Assembly: GCF_003918875.1 (NCBI RefSeq)
Contig: NW_025765181.1
Location: 806,001-870,000, forward strand
From: Haliotis rubra
Taxonomy: Eukaryota
Length of the DNA stretch: 64,000 bases
Reading direction: 5' to 3'
Shown: in pieces, positions 39,101 to 48,382 of the stretch
Position numbering within the stretch: position 1 is the stretch's first letter
How the letters are laid out: every line of letters begins with the position of its first letter
The notes under the pieces: model-generated
Seen by the model: the letters and a program-made list of their open reading frames with translations, nothing else
The model's database searches: none
What the model was told of the DNA's origin: nothing
Position numbers and translations under genes: made by a program

Positions 39101-39233
39101 TCAACACTGTGTCAGCCTCCTTCCCTTTCCCCTGCAGCAACACCTTCAACTGCCCCTGCAGGGCCTCAACCTCAAGAGGGCCCCCTGACATGCTGTCAGT
39201 TGGAGTTACCTCCCTTCCTCCACACTCACAAAC
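1..39233 (-). CDS. Multi-exon gene (partial, 23 exons traced, about 3,480 aa): giant coiled-coil protein with a C-proximal RIM-binding-protein-type SH3 domain
   Basis: All exons have AG acceptors and GT (one GC) donors with matching phases, apart from two indel sites. Translations are E/K/L/Q-rich heptads. The SH3 motif is FVAITDYIP...LRLQEGD.(VKVT)GPIDENGYYEVECNGRAGLVPATCL. The gene runs off the window at base 1 and its 5' exons were not found. Confidence 0.88.
291..433 (-). CDS. Coding exon: C-terminal half of SH3 (GPIDENGYYEVECNGRAGLVPATCLQP...KHLK)
   Basis: gtctgcag acceptor, GTAACT donor, 143 nt, phase 1/0. GLVP is the SH3 signature, and GPIDENGYY resembles the GDMDEDGFY motif of RIM-BP SH3 domains. 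Confidence 0.85.
758..1165 (-). CDS. Coding exon: Ser-rich linker plus N-terminal half of the SH3 domain (one base apparently missing near 770)
   Basis: tctctcag acceptor, GTGAGA donor; contains HFVAITDYIP...LRLQEGD. It is 408 nt, but 409 are needed to join the phase-1 exon that follows. Confidence 0.8.
1677..1800 (-). mobile_element. 5'-truncated tRNA-derived SINE (family A) with a 16-bp TSD
   Basis: B-box GGTTCGAATCC and family body present; AGACAGAGGTACTGAC occurs at 1661-1676 and 1801-1816. Confidence 0.9.
1817..1969 (-). CDS. Coding exon (DALIHRLAEEL...YTQANR)
   Basis: attacag acceptor, GTCAGT donor, 153 nt, phase 0/0. Confidence 0.85.
2556..2651 (-). CDS. Coding exon (YEEMERLK...KCREK)
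   Basis: ccaacag acceptor, GTAGGG donor, 96 nt, phase 0/0. Confidence 0.85.
3176..3298 (-). CDS. Coding exon (MERVEQLKQEL...NIKSR) ending at a GC donor
   Basis: gctgccag acceptor, AGG/GCAAGT donor, 123 nt, phase 0/0. Confidence 0.8.
4056..4232 (-). CDS. Coding exon (LNDLRSVC...LLSDR)
   Basis: cccacgcag acceptor, GTAATC donor, 177 nt, phase 0/0. Confidence 0.85.
4540..4725 (-). CDS. Coding exon (TSEIQTL...DKLREQ)
   Basis: tccttccag acceptor, GTTAGT donor, 186 nt, phase 0/0. Confidence 0.85.
4819..4982 (-). mobile_element. Full-length tRNA-derived SINE (family A)
   Basis: A-box TAGCCTAATGG, B-box GGTTCGAATCC, (CTCA)n tail; TSD ACCATTAATGA at 4808-4818 and 4983-4993. Confidence 0.92.
5398..5742. 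mobile_element. PIF/Harbinger (Tourist-like) MITE
   Basis: 33-bp TIR GGCCA(A/G)ACCAATTTTATTTCTTGTTTTACGGAT; TAA target duplication on both sides. Confidence 0.88.
5913..6074 (-). CDS. Coding exon (NKQSDRDIV...REIAAK)
   Basis: ttcttcag acceptor, GTGAGT donor, 162 nt, phase 0/0. Confidence 0.85.
6280..6428 (-). mobile_element. SINE family A nested in a family B SINE (about 6160-6480)
   Basis: Near-consensus family A copy flanked on both sides by family B sequence. Confidence 0.8.
6810..7100. repeat. 27-bp minisatellite (GGACACCTTCATGGACATATTTTCAGT), degenerating away from the exon
   Basis: Units at 7001, 7028, 7055, 7082. Confidence 0.9.
7102..7197 (-). CDS. Coding exon (INKLEKELEEK...LLRNQ)
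   Basis: gttacag acceptor, GTACGT donor, 96 nt, phase 0/0. Confidence 0.85.
8919..9162. repeat. 86-bp tandem repeat, about 2.8 copies
   Basis: Units at 8919, 9005, 9091, nearly identical. Confidence 0.92.
9908..9970 (-). CDS. Small coding exon (ALEKPRHIEIIEKENKNVKDE)
   Basis: ctattcag acceptor, GTAAGT donor, 63 nt, phase 0/0. Confidence 0.8.
10388..10453 (-). CDS. Small coding exon (SKSSGAESRTDEEDTVFSWKHK)
   Basis: ggttttcag acceptor, AG/GTAACA donor, 66 nt, open in phase 0/0. Confidence 0.7.
10856..11527 (-). CDS. Coding exon, Ser/Pro-rich disordered region (APPLPKSLPP) ending in a short coiled coil
   Basis: ttttacag acceptor, GTGAGT donor, 672 nt, phase 0/0. Confidence 0.88.
13204..13400 (-). 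CDS. Coding exon (DPSVQGSS...ENMHQ)
   Basis: tctcttccag acceptor, GTGAGC donor, 197 nt, phase 1/0. Confidence 0.85.
14544..14632. repeat. Compound (CA)n/(CT)n microsatellite
   Basis: Direct reading. Confidence 0.9.
15344..15504. mobile_element. Tc1/mariner (pogo/Tigger-like) MITE
   Basis: TIR CAGTGGAAGCCCTCTAAACC(A/G)GCA, TA on both flanks, internal subterminal copies of the TIR motif. Confidence 0.88.
16519..16648 (-). CDS. Coding exon (GSCGHEVEL...LNPDS); its acceptor is the last unit of the 43-bp array
   Basis: tgtttcag acceptor, GTGAGT donor, 130 nt, phase 0/1 matching the exon at 13400. Confidence 0.85.
16644..18585. repeat. 43-bp minisatellite, about 45 copies; each unit is a copy of a 3' splice site on the minus strand
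   Basis: GAACCCTGAAACATGACAACACATGATGTGATCCAGGAAATTA; period 43 (16644, 16687, 16730...). Confidence 0.95.
18919..19182 (-). CDS. Coding exon (SLEGASRE...LRQGK)
   Basis: gtttcag acceptor, GTAAGA donor, 264 nt, phase 0/0. Confidence 0.9.
19521..19670 (-). mobile_element. Diverged SINE family A
   Basis: Shared body and (CTCA)n tail. Confidence 0.8.
19741..20652 (-). CDS. Coding exon (ISELEAD...ESSGKQ)
   Basis: ggcag acceptor, GTGAGA donor, 912 nt, phase 0/0; ORF 19627..20679. Confidence 0.9.
21034..21514 (-). CDS. Coding exon (SEVSPVG...HHREQ)
   Basis: actttcag acceptor, GTGAGT donor, phase 2/0; ORF 21022..21534. Confidence 0.9.
22655..22815 (+). mobile_element. Degenerate SINE resembling a V-domain SINE
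   Basis: B-box-like TTCGATCCC followed by tcatgccaaaagacataaaaagatggta...tcagcataa, similar to the V-SINE central domain as I recall it. Confidence 0.5.
23077..23225 (+). mobile_element. SINE family A with a 17-bp TSD
   Basis: A and B boxes; CACTCATTCACTGGAGA at 23060-23076 and 23226-23242. Confidence 0.92.
23712..24138. mobile_element. Non-autonomous hAT-like element
   Basis: Exact 8-bp TSD CTCGTAAT (23704-23711 and 24139-24146); degenerate TAGTG... terminal inverted repeats. Confidence 0.75.
26749..26907 (-). mobile_element. SINE family A
   Basis: A and B boxes, body, tail. Confidence 0.88.
27134..27435. repeat. 89-bp tandem repeat, about 3.3 copies, with three CACAGGTA subunits per unit
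   Basis: Units at 27134, 27223, 27312. Confidence 0.9.
27723..28470. repeat. 40-bp minisatellite with a 209-bp higher-order repeat
   Basis: GTATGGAATGATATCACGAGATGAACAATGTAATAATGTA; a 9-bp duplication recurs at about 27871, 28080 and 28289. Confidence 0.93.
28514..28675 (-). mobile_element. SINE family A
   Basis: A and B boxes, body and tail; sits between two minisatellites. Confidence 0.88.
28681..29302. repeat. 34-bp minisatellite, about 18 copies
   Basis: ATAGGACCTGTACATAAGGGTGGTCACAGCCTAC; period 34. Confidence 0.93.
29404..29507 (-). CDS. Coding exon (MSPSVSLHH...REQTL-R)
   Basis: ttttgtag acceptor, GTAGGA donor, 104 nt, phase 0/2 matching the next exon. Confidence 0.85.
30184..34975 (-). 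CDS. Giant 4,792-nt coiled-coil exon with one frame disruption near 33409-33433
   Basis: ctttacag acceptor and GTGAGT donor. Covered by overlapping ORFs 33350..35038 and 30169..33423, which are offset by +1. Length is 3n+1. Confidence 0.88.
35141..35153. promoter_or_regulatory. RFX X-box-like palindrome GTTGCTAGGCAAC (identical copy at 8490-8502)
   Basis: Matches the GTNRYY-N0-3-RGYAAC X-box consensus; function not shown. Confidence 0.45.
36659..37399 (-). CDS. Coding exon (DQLLFHEK...ETALREK)
   Basis: ttttcag acceptor, GTAAAA donor, 741 nt, phase 0/0; ORF 36590..37432. Confidence 0.9.
38621..38779 (-). CDS. Coding exon (QIINLEC...VEVLALK)
   Basis: tctttcag acceptor, GTATGG donor, 159 nt, phase 0/0, coiled-coil. 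Confidence 0.85.
39069..39233 (-). CDS. Coding exon (VCECGG...FKNAEQ), most 5' exon traced
   Basis: ttttgcag acceptor, GTATGG donor, 165 nt, phase 0/0. Confidence 0.8.
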
Positions 39234-39694
39234 CTGCAAAAAAAAGACACCTTTGAAATCATACTGTATAGAGCAACAGACTTTTGCTTCCTTTTTTTAC
39301 TTATTAATACTAAAACGACACATAGAGATGTGAAACAGTGAGTTATTATATTTGCAACTGCTCTCATTGCCTTGTAGCAAGTTCAGTTCAAGACTAACCC
39401 TCATTGTATAATGTTTCCTGTCTGCACGATGCATACTAATGAGGATGTTAATGACCCCCCACTGAGACAATGACTGGGTCGTACACAAAGCAACATAACA
39501 ATAACATCAAGACTCAAACTGGAAACAGAGAGACATGATACTCTGCACAGACAATAAGAGGCTTTTCAGTCAAATATATAGCCATGATGATCATTACCAC
39601 AGCATGATTTCATATTGCTGACTGCGGCTCAACAAACAATATCTTAAGAGTACATTGAGTAACTCACTCACTCACTCAATGCACTCTTAACATA

Positions 39695-39922
39695 TTGTTT
39701 GTTATAGCCGCACTCGGCAGTATTCCAGCTGTATGGCGGCTGTCTGTGAATAATCAAGTCTGGATCAGACAATCCGGTGATCAACAGCACATGCATCAAT
39801 GTACGCAATTGGGATATGATGACGTGTGTCAACCAATCAGCAAATTTGATAACCTCATACTGCTAGTCGCCTCTTACAAGAATGGGTTGCTGAAGATCAA
39901 TTCTAACCCAGATCTTCACAGG
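39695..39922 (-). mobile_element. SINE-like family B (other copies at about 2020-2218, 18645-18863, 20750-20940 on -, and 41690-41812 on +)
   Basis: Dispersed repeat with GTAAGAGGCGACT and ctggattgtctggtccagact...gctggaatattgctgagtgcgg; its 3' end resembles family A. Confidence 0.75.
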
Positions 39923-40517
39923 TATCTAAACAGGTATATAGGTCACTGATATATCTATCAAATGAGGCAGTGAATATGAAGAAAACACTACGCATTTGTT
40001 TTTAAATCAAATTTAGATCCATTATAATTTTGTTACATACCTCTGATTTTCCAACACAGTATGTTTATCTTCTAAATGTTCCCCCTTATAGAACTCTTTC
40101 AAAAAACACTCTATAAATGTATCTTGAACATCAAGGAAGGTACATGACTAAACCAAACCAAGATTCTCAACCAGATAATCTGACCACCGCAGTGCTCCAG
40201 TCCTGGAACACACTGTACTGAGCCTATAGACACTGTTTCAATATTAGCTGGATAACTGAGAAATCTCTCTGTTAGATAAGAATGTAATGCTACCTACAAT
40301 TCATCATACACGAATCTTGCCAACTCTCTCACAAATAAGAGCTTAATTTGAATAGCACCTATCATTAATCTCCATCAAGCCATCTGATCTGTGTATCGTC
40401 TGTGATCACCTGGGTGATTCTCAGACATGCCAAGCTGTGAACTGACAGATTGTCTCTCAACAAGGTAGGTACCACAGTTATTGATCTTGTGTAGACATGA
40501 TCTATGTCATGATCAGA

Positions 40518-40581
40518 GAGTGAGTGAGTGAGTGAGTGAGTGAGAGTGAGTGAGTGAGTGAGTGAGTGAGTGAGTGAGTGA
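40518..40581. repeat. (GAGT)n microsatellite (also at about 60410-60450; (TGAA)n at 16279-16314)
   Basis: Direct reading; same motif as the family A SINE tail. Confidence 0.9.
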
Positions 40582-41480
40582 ATAAGTTAGTGACAGAGGT
40601 CGAGTTTAAATCTGCTATAACTTGGATTTCACATGCACTCCAACATAAAAGCCCATAGTGCCACAGGTCTCTGATTGTCTTGCTTGGATTTCAGTAGTAA
40701 TATCGATGTGTGTTATCTGTTCGAAGCAAGAGGTGTTTAGATTTTTTTAATCTATTCTGAAATTAGGACAATTGTGTATTCTTTGAGTAACTTTGTTACA
40801 GACAGATACCGTCTTTAGTGAACCAAAATAGGTCTCACATACCTGTCTTGTTTTTACAAACATTTTATCAAAAGTGTTTTACTGTATCTATGTATTGTAT
40901 CATTCCACCTTGTTTTTGAAAATTTGTATTTTTTTTAAAAAAGTTTTCTTAGCAAACAAATGTGCTTCATCAGTAAATACATATTCTACTCATTTATTCA
41001 GTTCTATTACACGTCTATTCAATATGGAAATATACTGTAAATGATGATTCATGTTTTCCTGCTGTATGTACAACGCTGAATGTCAACGGGCTGTTCCTGC
41101 AAACCTGACTGGCTCTGTATGTCCAGAAACTTGACTTCTGCAGTGTGCCCTGCAAAACTTGAATTTCTTACAACCTGCCTCGTGTATATTCTGTGCAGAC
41201 ATGTTCTTGTGCACTCTACGACGAAGTAAAACAAATAGACGAAAAAGAAAGGTTGCAGTCTAAATTAGTGAAACGTTGAACACTTTAACAGAGCAAACAT
41301 GATGTGCTTGCGTGCTGGGTCTCCACAAACATTACATCTGGGTGTCTATCCCGATATTTTTTCACTGCCATTTAATATGAACTGTTAACTAAAGTAGAAC
41401 TCACATATCTTTTGAAAATCATTCAACACACTGAGTTTCATTGTCACATTCCTCTTTTAAAAGGAAGGACTCTTCCTGTT

Positions 41481-41575
41481 CACATGGTACAATGTGTGAA
41501 GCCCATTTCTGGTGTCCCCTGCCGTGATGTTGCTGGAATGCTGCTATGCGTGCGTAAAACCAAACTCACTCACTC
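41481..41575 (+). mobile_element. 5'-truncated SINE family A
   Basis: 3' body plus ACTCACTCACTC tail. Confidence 0.8.
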
Positions 41576-43070
41576 CTGCTCAGAGTCTAAGCAGAAGCTA
41601 TAGTGAGTGAGTGACTCTGCTGTTAACATTATTCCAGGTACATTACAGCATGTTAGCTTGATGTGGGAAGAAATCCGGAAGGGATGCACATCGATGCTCA
41701 TGTTCTTGATCACTGGACTGTCTGGTCCAGACTCGATTATTTACAGACTGCTGCCATATAGCAGTAATACTGCTCAGTGCGGCTTTAAACAACAACCGAC
41801 CAACCAACCAAAGTGATGCATTGTTTACAAACCAAGATTAGAACCCTCAGTATTAGGTTTCCAGTCTGCCCAAAGGATGCAACTCTGCAGAGAGAAGGGT
41901 GGTACCTTAACCCATTGGGCCACACATGCCCTAGTCTGCCATACAGACCCTGAAGCAAATATATCCAAGAAAGCCTATACGCAGGTCTAGAAAATGTGGC
42001 AAGTCTAGATTTCCACAGCTTCTCAGGGCTCCTTTTCATTATATTTTATTTTTCACTATGAACTTTTTTTTCTGTAAAATATGTTCATTTCAGAGACTAG
42101 TTATTAGTCTACGCATGCCCCTAACTGAGGCAGGAATATTGATACTTCCTACTTCTTATTCTCATTTTCTAAAGTGTATTATCAAACATCATGGCAGGAA
42201 CATTTGAGGTTTCACCAAACAGAACCCACTTCGTAAGTACTGGAGAGTGTTTCTTAAGAGCTTTTTAGGTTAAATACATTACCCGTATCGTTACCGTCAA
42301 AAGTAAGTCACCAAATGCCAACACAGGGCTCCTACTTAAAGTGACAATCAAACAATGAGGTTGTCAGATTTTCTTATTCATAGTGTCAGAAACATGAACA
42401 ACCTGATTCCAAGCATTGCTCCTGACCGTAAAATCCCAGACATTCCAACTGCCCAGTGTACTCCTGAAGAATCTGGTCAAACACTGTCAACCCGTCCAAA
42501 GCAGCTGACAATCACAGGTGAGAATGTCCCTCACATTCACGTGACCTCAAACCGTTGGTTCTGACTGACCACTATAACACCAGATGACCTCCTTCCTGGG
42601 CGGACCTAACACGCCTCTGTCACACCGCCTGTGTCCACTGTCACCTCTTTATTGTATCCCTTGACCTTCAAATGTCGCACACATGTTCGACTATTTTACA
42701 CACTTCCTGAGTTTCCAGAGGAACAGAACACAACATCCTTTTCACAGATCCCCTTCCTCATTTCACCAAGCCCAATCTGGAATTAACTTCCACAGACAAC
42801 CTTTCCACATGTTGAAGCAACTCATCGGTTGACATGTTATAATCCTATCAAACTTCAAGAGATAAGATCCCATGAATGAAGGACCACAGGTATACAGACA
42901 GACCATCAATGGCTGTTCATGTATCTTCCTTAAGATGATTACACACTGATACACTGGCTGTAAAGGAGTGTGCTACACTGAATCACACAAGGATGTACTG
43001 AGACACGATCACTGTGACGTTCAGTGTAGTCAGTAAATTAAGTAGAATCATAGAAACATTAAGCTAATAG

Positions 43071-43218
43071 AGGATATTATATGAGTGCCCATGTCATACT
43101 ATGTTTACGACATGAGTGCCTAAATGCTGGTATTTCCCGAGCGAGAGTGAGGGATATGCCGATATTTAAGCACGAGTGTCGTAAACATAGTATGATATAG
43201 GCACGAATATAATATTCT
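43071..43218. repeat. 148-bp imperfect palindrome with a GAGCGAGAGTGA loop (likely non-autonomous element)
   Basis: Arms include tcatactatgtttacgaca / tgtcgtaaacatagtatga. Confidence 0.8.
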
Positions 43219-46200
43219 GTTTATTACCGAAGTCGTCAAATTGAGGAAAATACCCAAATCTACTTTCAAACACAGGCTGGCTAACCGCCGTCGTCGCATG
43301 TAGAACGCAACATCACAGAAGAAACGTGACGTCATAGCCTTGTTCATGACGTCACGTCACCATGACATATATTGCCCTAGGGCATCATATGAAAAATATG
43401 AACCCCGATATGTTCGTCCTCGTAGATGATAATATTAGTTATTCTGGCTAACACTAAACAAACCTGTAGTTTTATTTTGCCATTAAAACACAAAACCAAC
43501 ATTAGCTATTAGTGTTTATACTCAGCAACATCTATCATCAACAATCTGTAAACCATTTTCTTATCTTGCCACAGAAGCACTTAGCAACATTAGCTATGGA
43601 GTCAACACCTAGCAACATCTACCAACTCTGTTTGGAACAAAATGTCTTTTCAAGCCATGGAGGTGGTAAACTGGGTTTCATGGTTATAACAAGTACTTGC
43701 CATGAATCACAATCAAGATCGCACCTCACTGGATTGGTTAGAGAAATTCATGGCTTACACATGGCTGTACTGACTTAACCAGGACTGTTTTATGCCAGTG
43801 AAGTGTTTCTACATTTCACAAGCCATCAGCCAGTGGGCTGGTATTAATTTACACCCGTAGAATGTTCGCGACTTTCTTATTGTAACACTAACTGTAAAGA
43901 ATAGGACATAAGGAAGAACATTCTAAAATACTTACACTCCATCACAACCACACACATCAAAATCGGTGCTGCCATTGAAGGCTTCCAGCTTTTACATTTA
44001 AGGCATGTCAAACAACTTGCTCATCAGTCAAGCTTTTCGAAAGTTTCAAGGTAGAAATGTGGTGAATATTTCCAATTTCGACAAATTGCTGACAAAAATG
44101 TGATGACTAATGCAATTCATTTATAGTTGAAAAGCCTTTGCATGTGTTTGTGTCACTGGTGATGTAGAGTACACTCTGGGGGTTTTCAACCACCTTGAAT
44201 CATCGCTACTTGACAGTGATTCACATGTTTGTATATGCTAAACACCATACAATGGATTCTGGTTTTATCAGAGATTTCTCAAGATTATGGAAAGGGTCTT
44301 GTGACTTTATTTTGTAACTTTTACATTTTAACAAGCTCAAGATTCCATCCTCTTCTAATGACACAGCTGCAGCAGCCATACTGGAATCAACCCTTAAAGA
44401 CAACCAAATACTTGTAATATCAAATCAGTCCATAACAAACATGATTTTAAGTCAAGAGTTCACCCAAAACAAATTGTGTTCAAACATTTTACTTGCAAAC
44501 AGAATTATCATGATGAACTGTCCAAACATATCATTCAAAATTTGATATATTTTTCAGTATTTATTACATGTGAGGCATTGTCAACAAACGTATGAAACAA
44601 AACTCCTAAACATTTCAAAAGGAATCCTTCTCACTGTAAAATCAGTGACATTTTAAAAGCCTTTGGTATTAAAATCCAGAATTAAACATGCTCACAGCTC
44701 TTGAGCTACAGAAAGGGTATTTCAGGAAATCGCTGACAAATGATTACTTTTTATGAGTTATTTTTTCCTGTCAAACAGTTTGTGTTCTATTTGAGGCCAG
44801 CAGTTCGCAGGTGGCCTTGACATTCCTTCTCGACTTGGATACAACAATACTGACATTGCTGTTCCTTTAGACCCACACCATCAATACAGAGCCTCTCTAC
44901 ACAGCAACAACCAGTCTTCTCAGCTTCTCTCCACATCATGTCCTACTAATCGTGATCCAGGAATCTTTCCACAAACACACATTGACGCTGATCCGTAGAC
45001 ATTAAACACGCGGCTTTCCCTTCCAAATATGTTAATGAAACATCTACAGACGCATACCTTCCTTGGTTACTTTGATGCTGGGGGACTAATTGTGTGGAAA
45101 CAAGCAGTCGGAGATGGGAGATTCTACACAGGTATACTATGTGGAACATTACAGGCCAAACTCAGACTCCAGAGAGCCTACAGAGGAATGACTTGAAGCA
45201 GTGATTTGACGCACACTTTATGACATCAATGACAGGGGAAATGCAGAATGTCACTCAGATGTTCCAAGGTGAAAACTAAATGGCTGATTTCTTATAAAAG
45301 AATTTTAAGGTTGCTCAAACTGATACAAATATTTTTCTTTTAGAATCTTCTTACCTGATGATATCATAAGGAATCATTTACTATATATATAATTTACTTG
45401 GAATAAATGTTTGCTACCTTTGCGAGACCAGGGAAAGTTTTACCAGAAGCATACAACGATATGGTTTTGTCAGTTCGATTCCTTACCACCAACCAACATA
45501 TACAGTTCAATATTTGCTAAGGCAAAAATCGGTTCTACCTGATGCTGGGGCCAGAACAAGCCCTGAAACGTTGTACCAAACAATAAAAAGATGAAACCCA
45601 GAAAAGTCTCTATGTTCAGCAAAAATAGTTCTTAGTCCAAGGTGTGGCCCTTGACAAATGTTGAGTAGAATAAGAAACAGAAAAACTTAAAAAAACAAAG
45701 GAACATTTTCTTTACAACTGACTGCATGTCTAAACAATTCAGCGTGCTTTCCCGATTCAGGTGGCACCATCATAATTCATCCCATATGGATCCACTGTTT
45801 GTGAGGTGTAGTCTGCATCAATAACAAACCTTGGTCAGTCAGCAACATGTCAATTTAAGTGAGTGACAAATACTACAGCCTGAATTGCTCCATACTTTCC
45901 AACTGCCCTAAAACATGAGTGAGTGAGTGAATTAGGTTTTATGCCAATGTAAACAATACTCCAGCAATACCAAAGTCAGGACACCGAAACTTGAACACAA
46001 CCTATGTGAGATGAGCAAACACTCGTACCACTTGGCCAACACTGGACACCGCCACCACAAAAGATGATATTGCTGAACATAAATGCTGAATATTGTTGAA
46101 AGCATCAAAAGAACTCTCAAGACGGAGTCCAGTTGTCATTGAAGGTGTATTGACAATAATACAAGACATATATGGGAGGACATAGAAATCCTGATACTGT

Positions 46201-48104
46201 AGGTTTAATGTACACCTTCGTACAACCATTAAATAGCAAGCAGGGCTGCTGTCACCAATTAAGCACCAACAGACATTGGCAACACACACAGAGAACAGGT
46301 CTTGGTGCTGATCCAAGACAAACACTTCATTAAACATACACACATGGAACATACAAGCTCACAGTTCACTAGAAATGACTGAATCCATGTAAAGGTTAAC
46401 CTTTATTGTGATGTCCGTCAAGAGATAGAACACCCCGGTATCGCACACACTGTGAGAAAGGTAAACACACCTGTAACATTCATTACACATTTCCACTACA
46501 GGTGAGATAACGCAGACATCAATCATACAAATCTCACCTTGTCTCAATTAGACATGTTGATGACAACTGGTATGATATGAATTCACACTGAGGTTGTCGT
46601 AGTTCATTTGCTTCAACTGTCTGTTGTGATTTCACCTACAGTGAAACGATGCAGAAATACCTGTATAATGGCAAGGCTCTGTCTCTTCACGAGTGACAAG
46701 TATTCGAGACGCATTCCTAATATATATGCATGGTGATATCCTTTTACCACAAAGGTGAAAAAATGCAGGAATGGATAAAAAGTCCATCAATCATGCATGA
46801 AAATAACAAGTTTGATGTGATGGTAAAAATGAGTGGTTTTTTGGCCATTAGTCACTGACATGACACCTTCCAATATCAGTCACTGACCAGGTGTTGATGA
46901 CCTCTCAGTCACTGTGAGAACCAAATACCTGCTCTTGTATACAACATAGCTGGCTCAGCGTTCAGCAGTTAGAAGACTATTCAAGATGATGATAGAAATG
47001 TTTCAGCTTACTGAAATTGCTAACGACAAAGCTCAGTGACATACAGTAAACCACTATACACCGAACAGAAACAGACCATCGATTCCAGTTTTATAACAGT
47101 AGTTTGTTATATGCATGTCAACCAAAACATACATCAAGTGTCCAGCAACCAAATGACAGTTCAATATATATATATATGTCAGTTCATTATCAGGATGTTG
47201 ATATTAAACATTTCACCATGACATCAGTAAATACTGGCTTGTGATTGGTTTATTAAAGTCGTTTCGAGGTATATAATCATGTTACGTACCTCTGATGTTC
47301 CAACGTAGTATGTATCTTGTTTTTAATCTTAATAACACGGTTATGGTAGAATTAGAAAATATTTCACAGGTCCTGTTTCAAATTCCCAGTTCTGACCCAA
47401 ATGTATGTAACATTTTACAAAGAGAGGGAATGATTTGGTTGTGAATCAGGTTATCCTACCTGCAGGAAGATGAGTATGTCCCCCTTCTGTCCCCCATCCC
47501 CCAACAAACTTGTATCTTACACTGTCACTGGAAGGTAAATTCCATTCATGGTGTTTACATTTCACATACAAAATGCATCACAATCACAGTAAACACGATT
47601 GTATATCACAGCAGACGTATATTTCACCGGTTCTTGATGTGTGCGGAACACACAGCCTATAAACACTCACACTCACACAACACTGTCGACAAGGATGTAC
47701 ATTTCACAGGCCGGCATGACACACTTGGGAGGACACCACTTGCACTTACATTGTTGTGCCCTGCTCTCCTATTGAAATATACTACTTATCGACTGAACCA
47801 GCTTAAGATGCCTGTAAGTTATTGTCTACAGATTATCTATCTATTGTAACTCAAGACAAGACCAGGTAAGAGATGGTCGTATGACCTAACACCAACACAA
47901 CACACCCATAGAGTCAGGGATGGGTTCTCTCCCAAGTCCGAGAATGTAACACCAGCAAAAATGTGTTTCCATCACAGTTACCATTTTGAATTCTGAGAAA
48001 ATTAGTATCTAACACCCACTTACAATGTCTATTTATGTAGTTATTGACCTTGTTGGCAAATGGTTCTAAATCAAGATCAATCACCTTTCATTGCTTACAT
48101 ATAT

Positions 48105-48382
48105 TTATTCAATTGTAATTGAAGGGTATAGAATAAAAAGGAGGTTAAATCCAAATTTATTTATTTTTATTTTTTTCAGTATTTGAATGAGGGCAAAAAA
48201 ATGTATGTAAATTCTCGCCAAACAGTCTTTGAAATATCAAACACAAGCAAATAAATGACTTTATGTGCGTTTCACAAAAATAATAATTCAAAAATATTTT
48301 AAAAACCTCCATTTATGAAGAAATGCTAAAAATGTAGTTAACCCTGTTGTTATTCTAACCCCTTCAATTAAAACATGAATAA
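48105..48382. mobile_element. MITE-like element with about 50-bp imperfect TIRs
   Basis: ttattc...taattgaaggg.tagaataa...ggttaa at left matches the reverse complement at right. Confidence 0.65.

Noticed and set aside
1-39233. Calling the gene a pseudogene because of two frame breaks
   Set aside because: About 10.4 kb of coding sequence has no in-frame nonsense codons apart from those caused by the two breaks, and the splice sites are intact. Isolated indels fit assembly error or a recent allele better.
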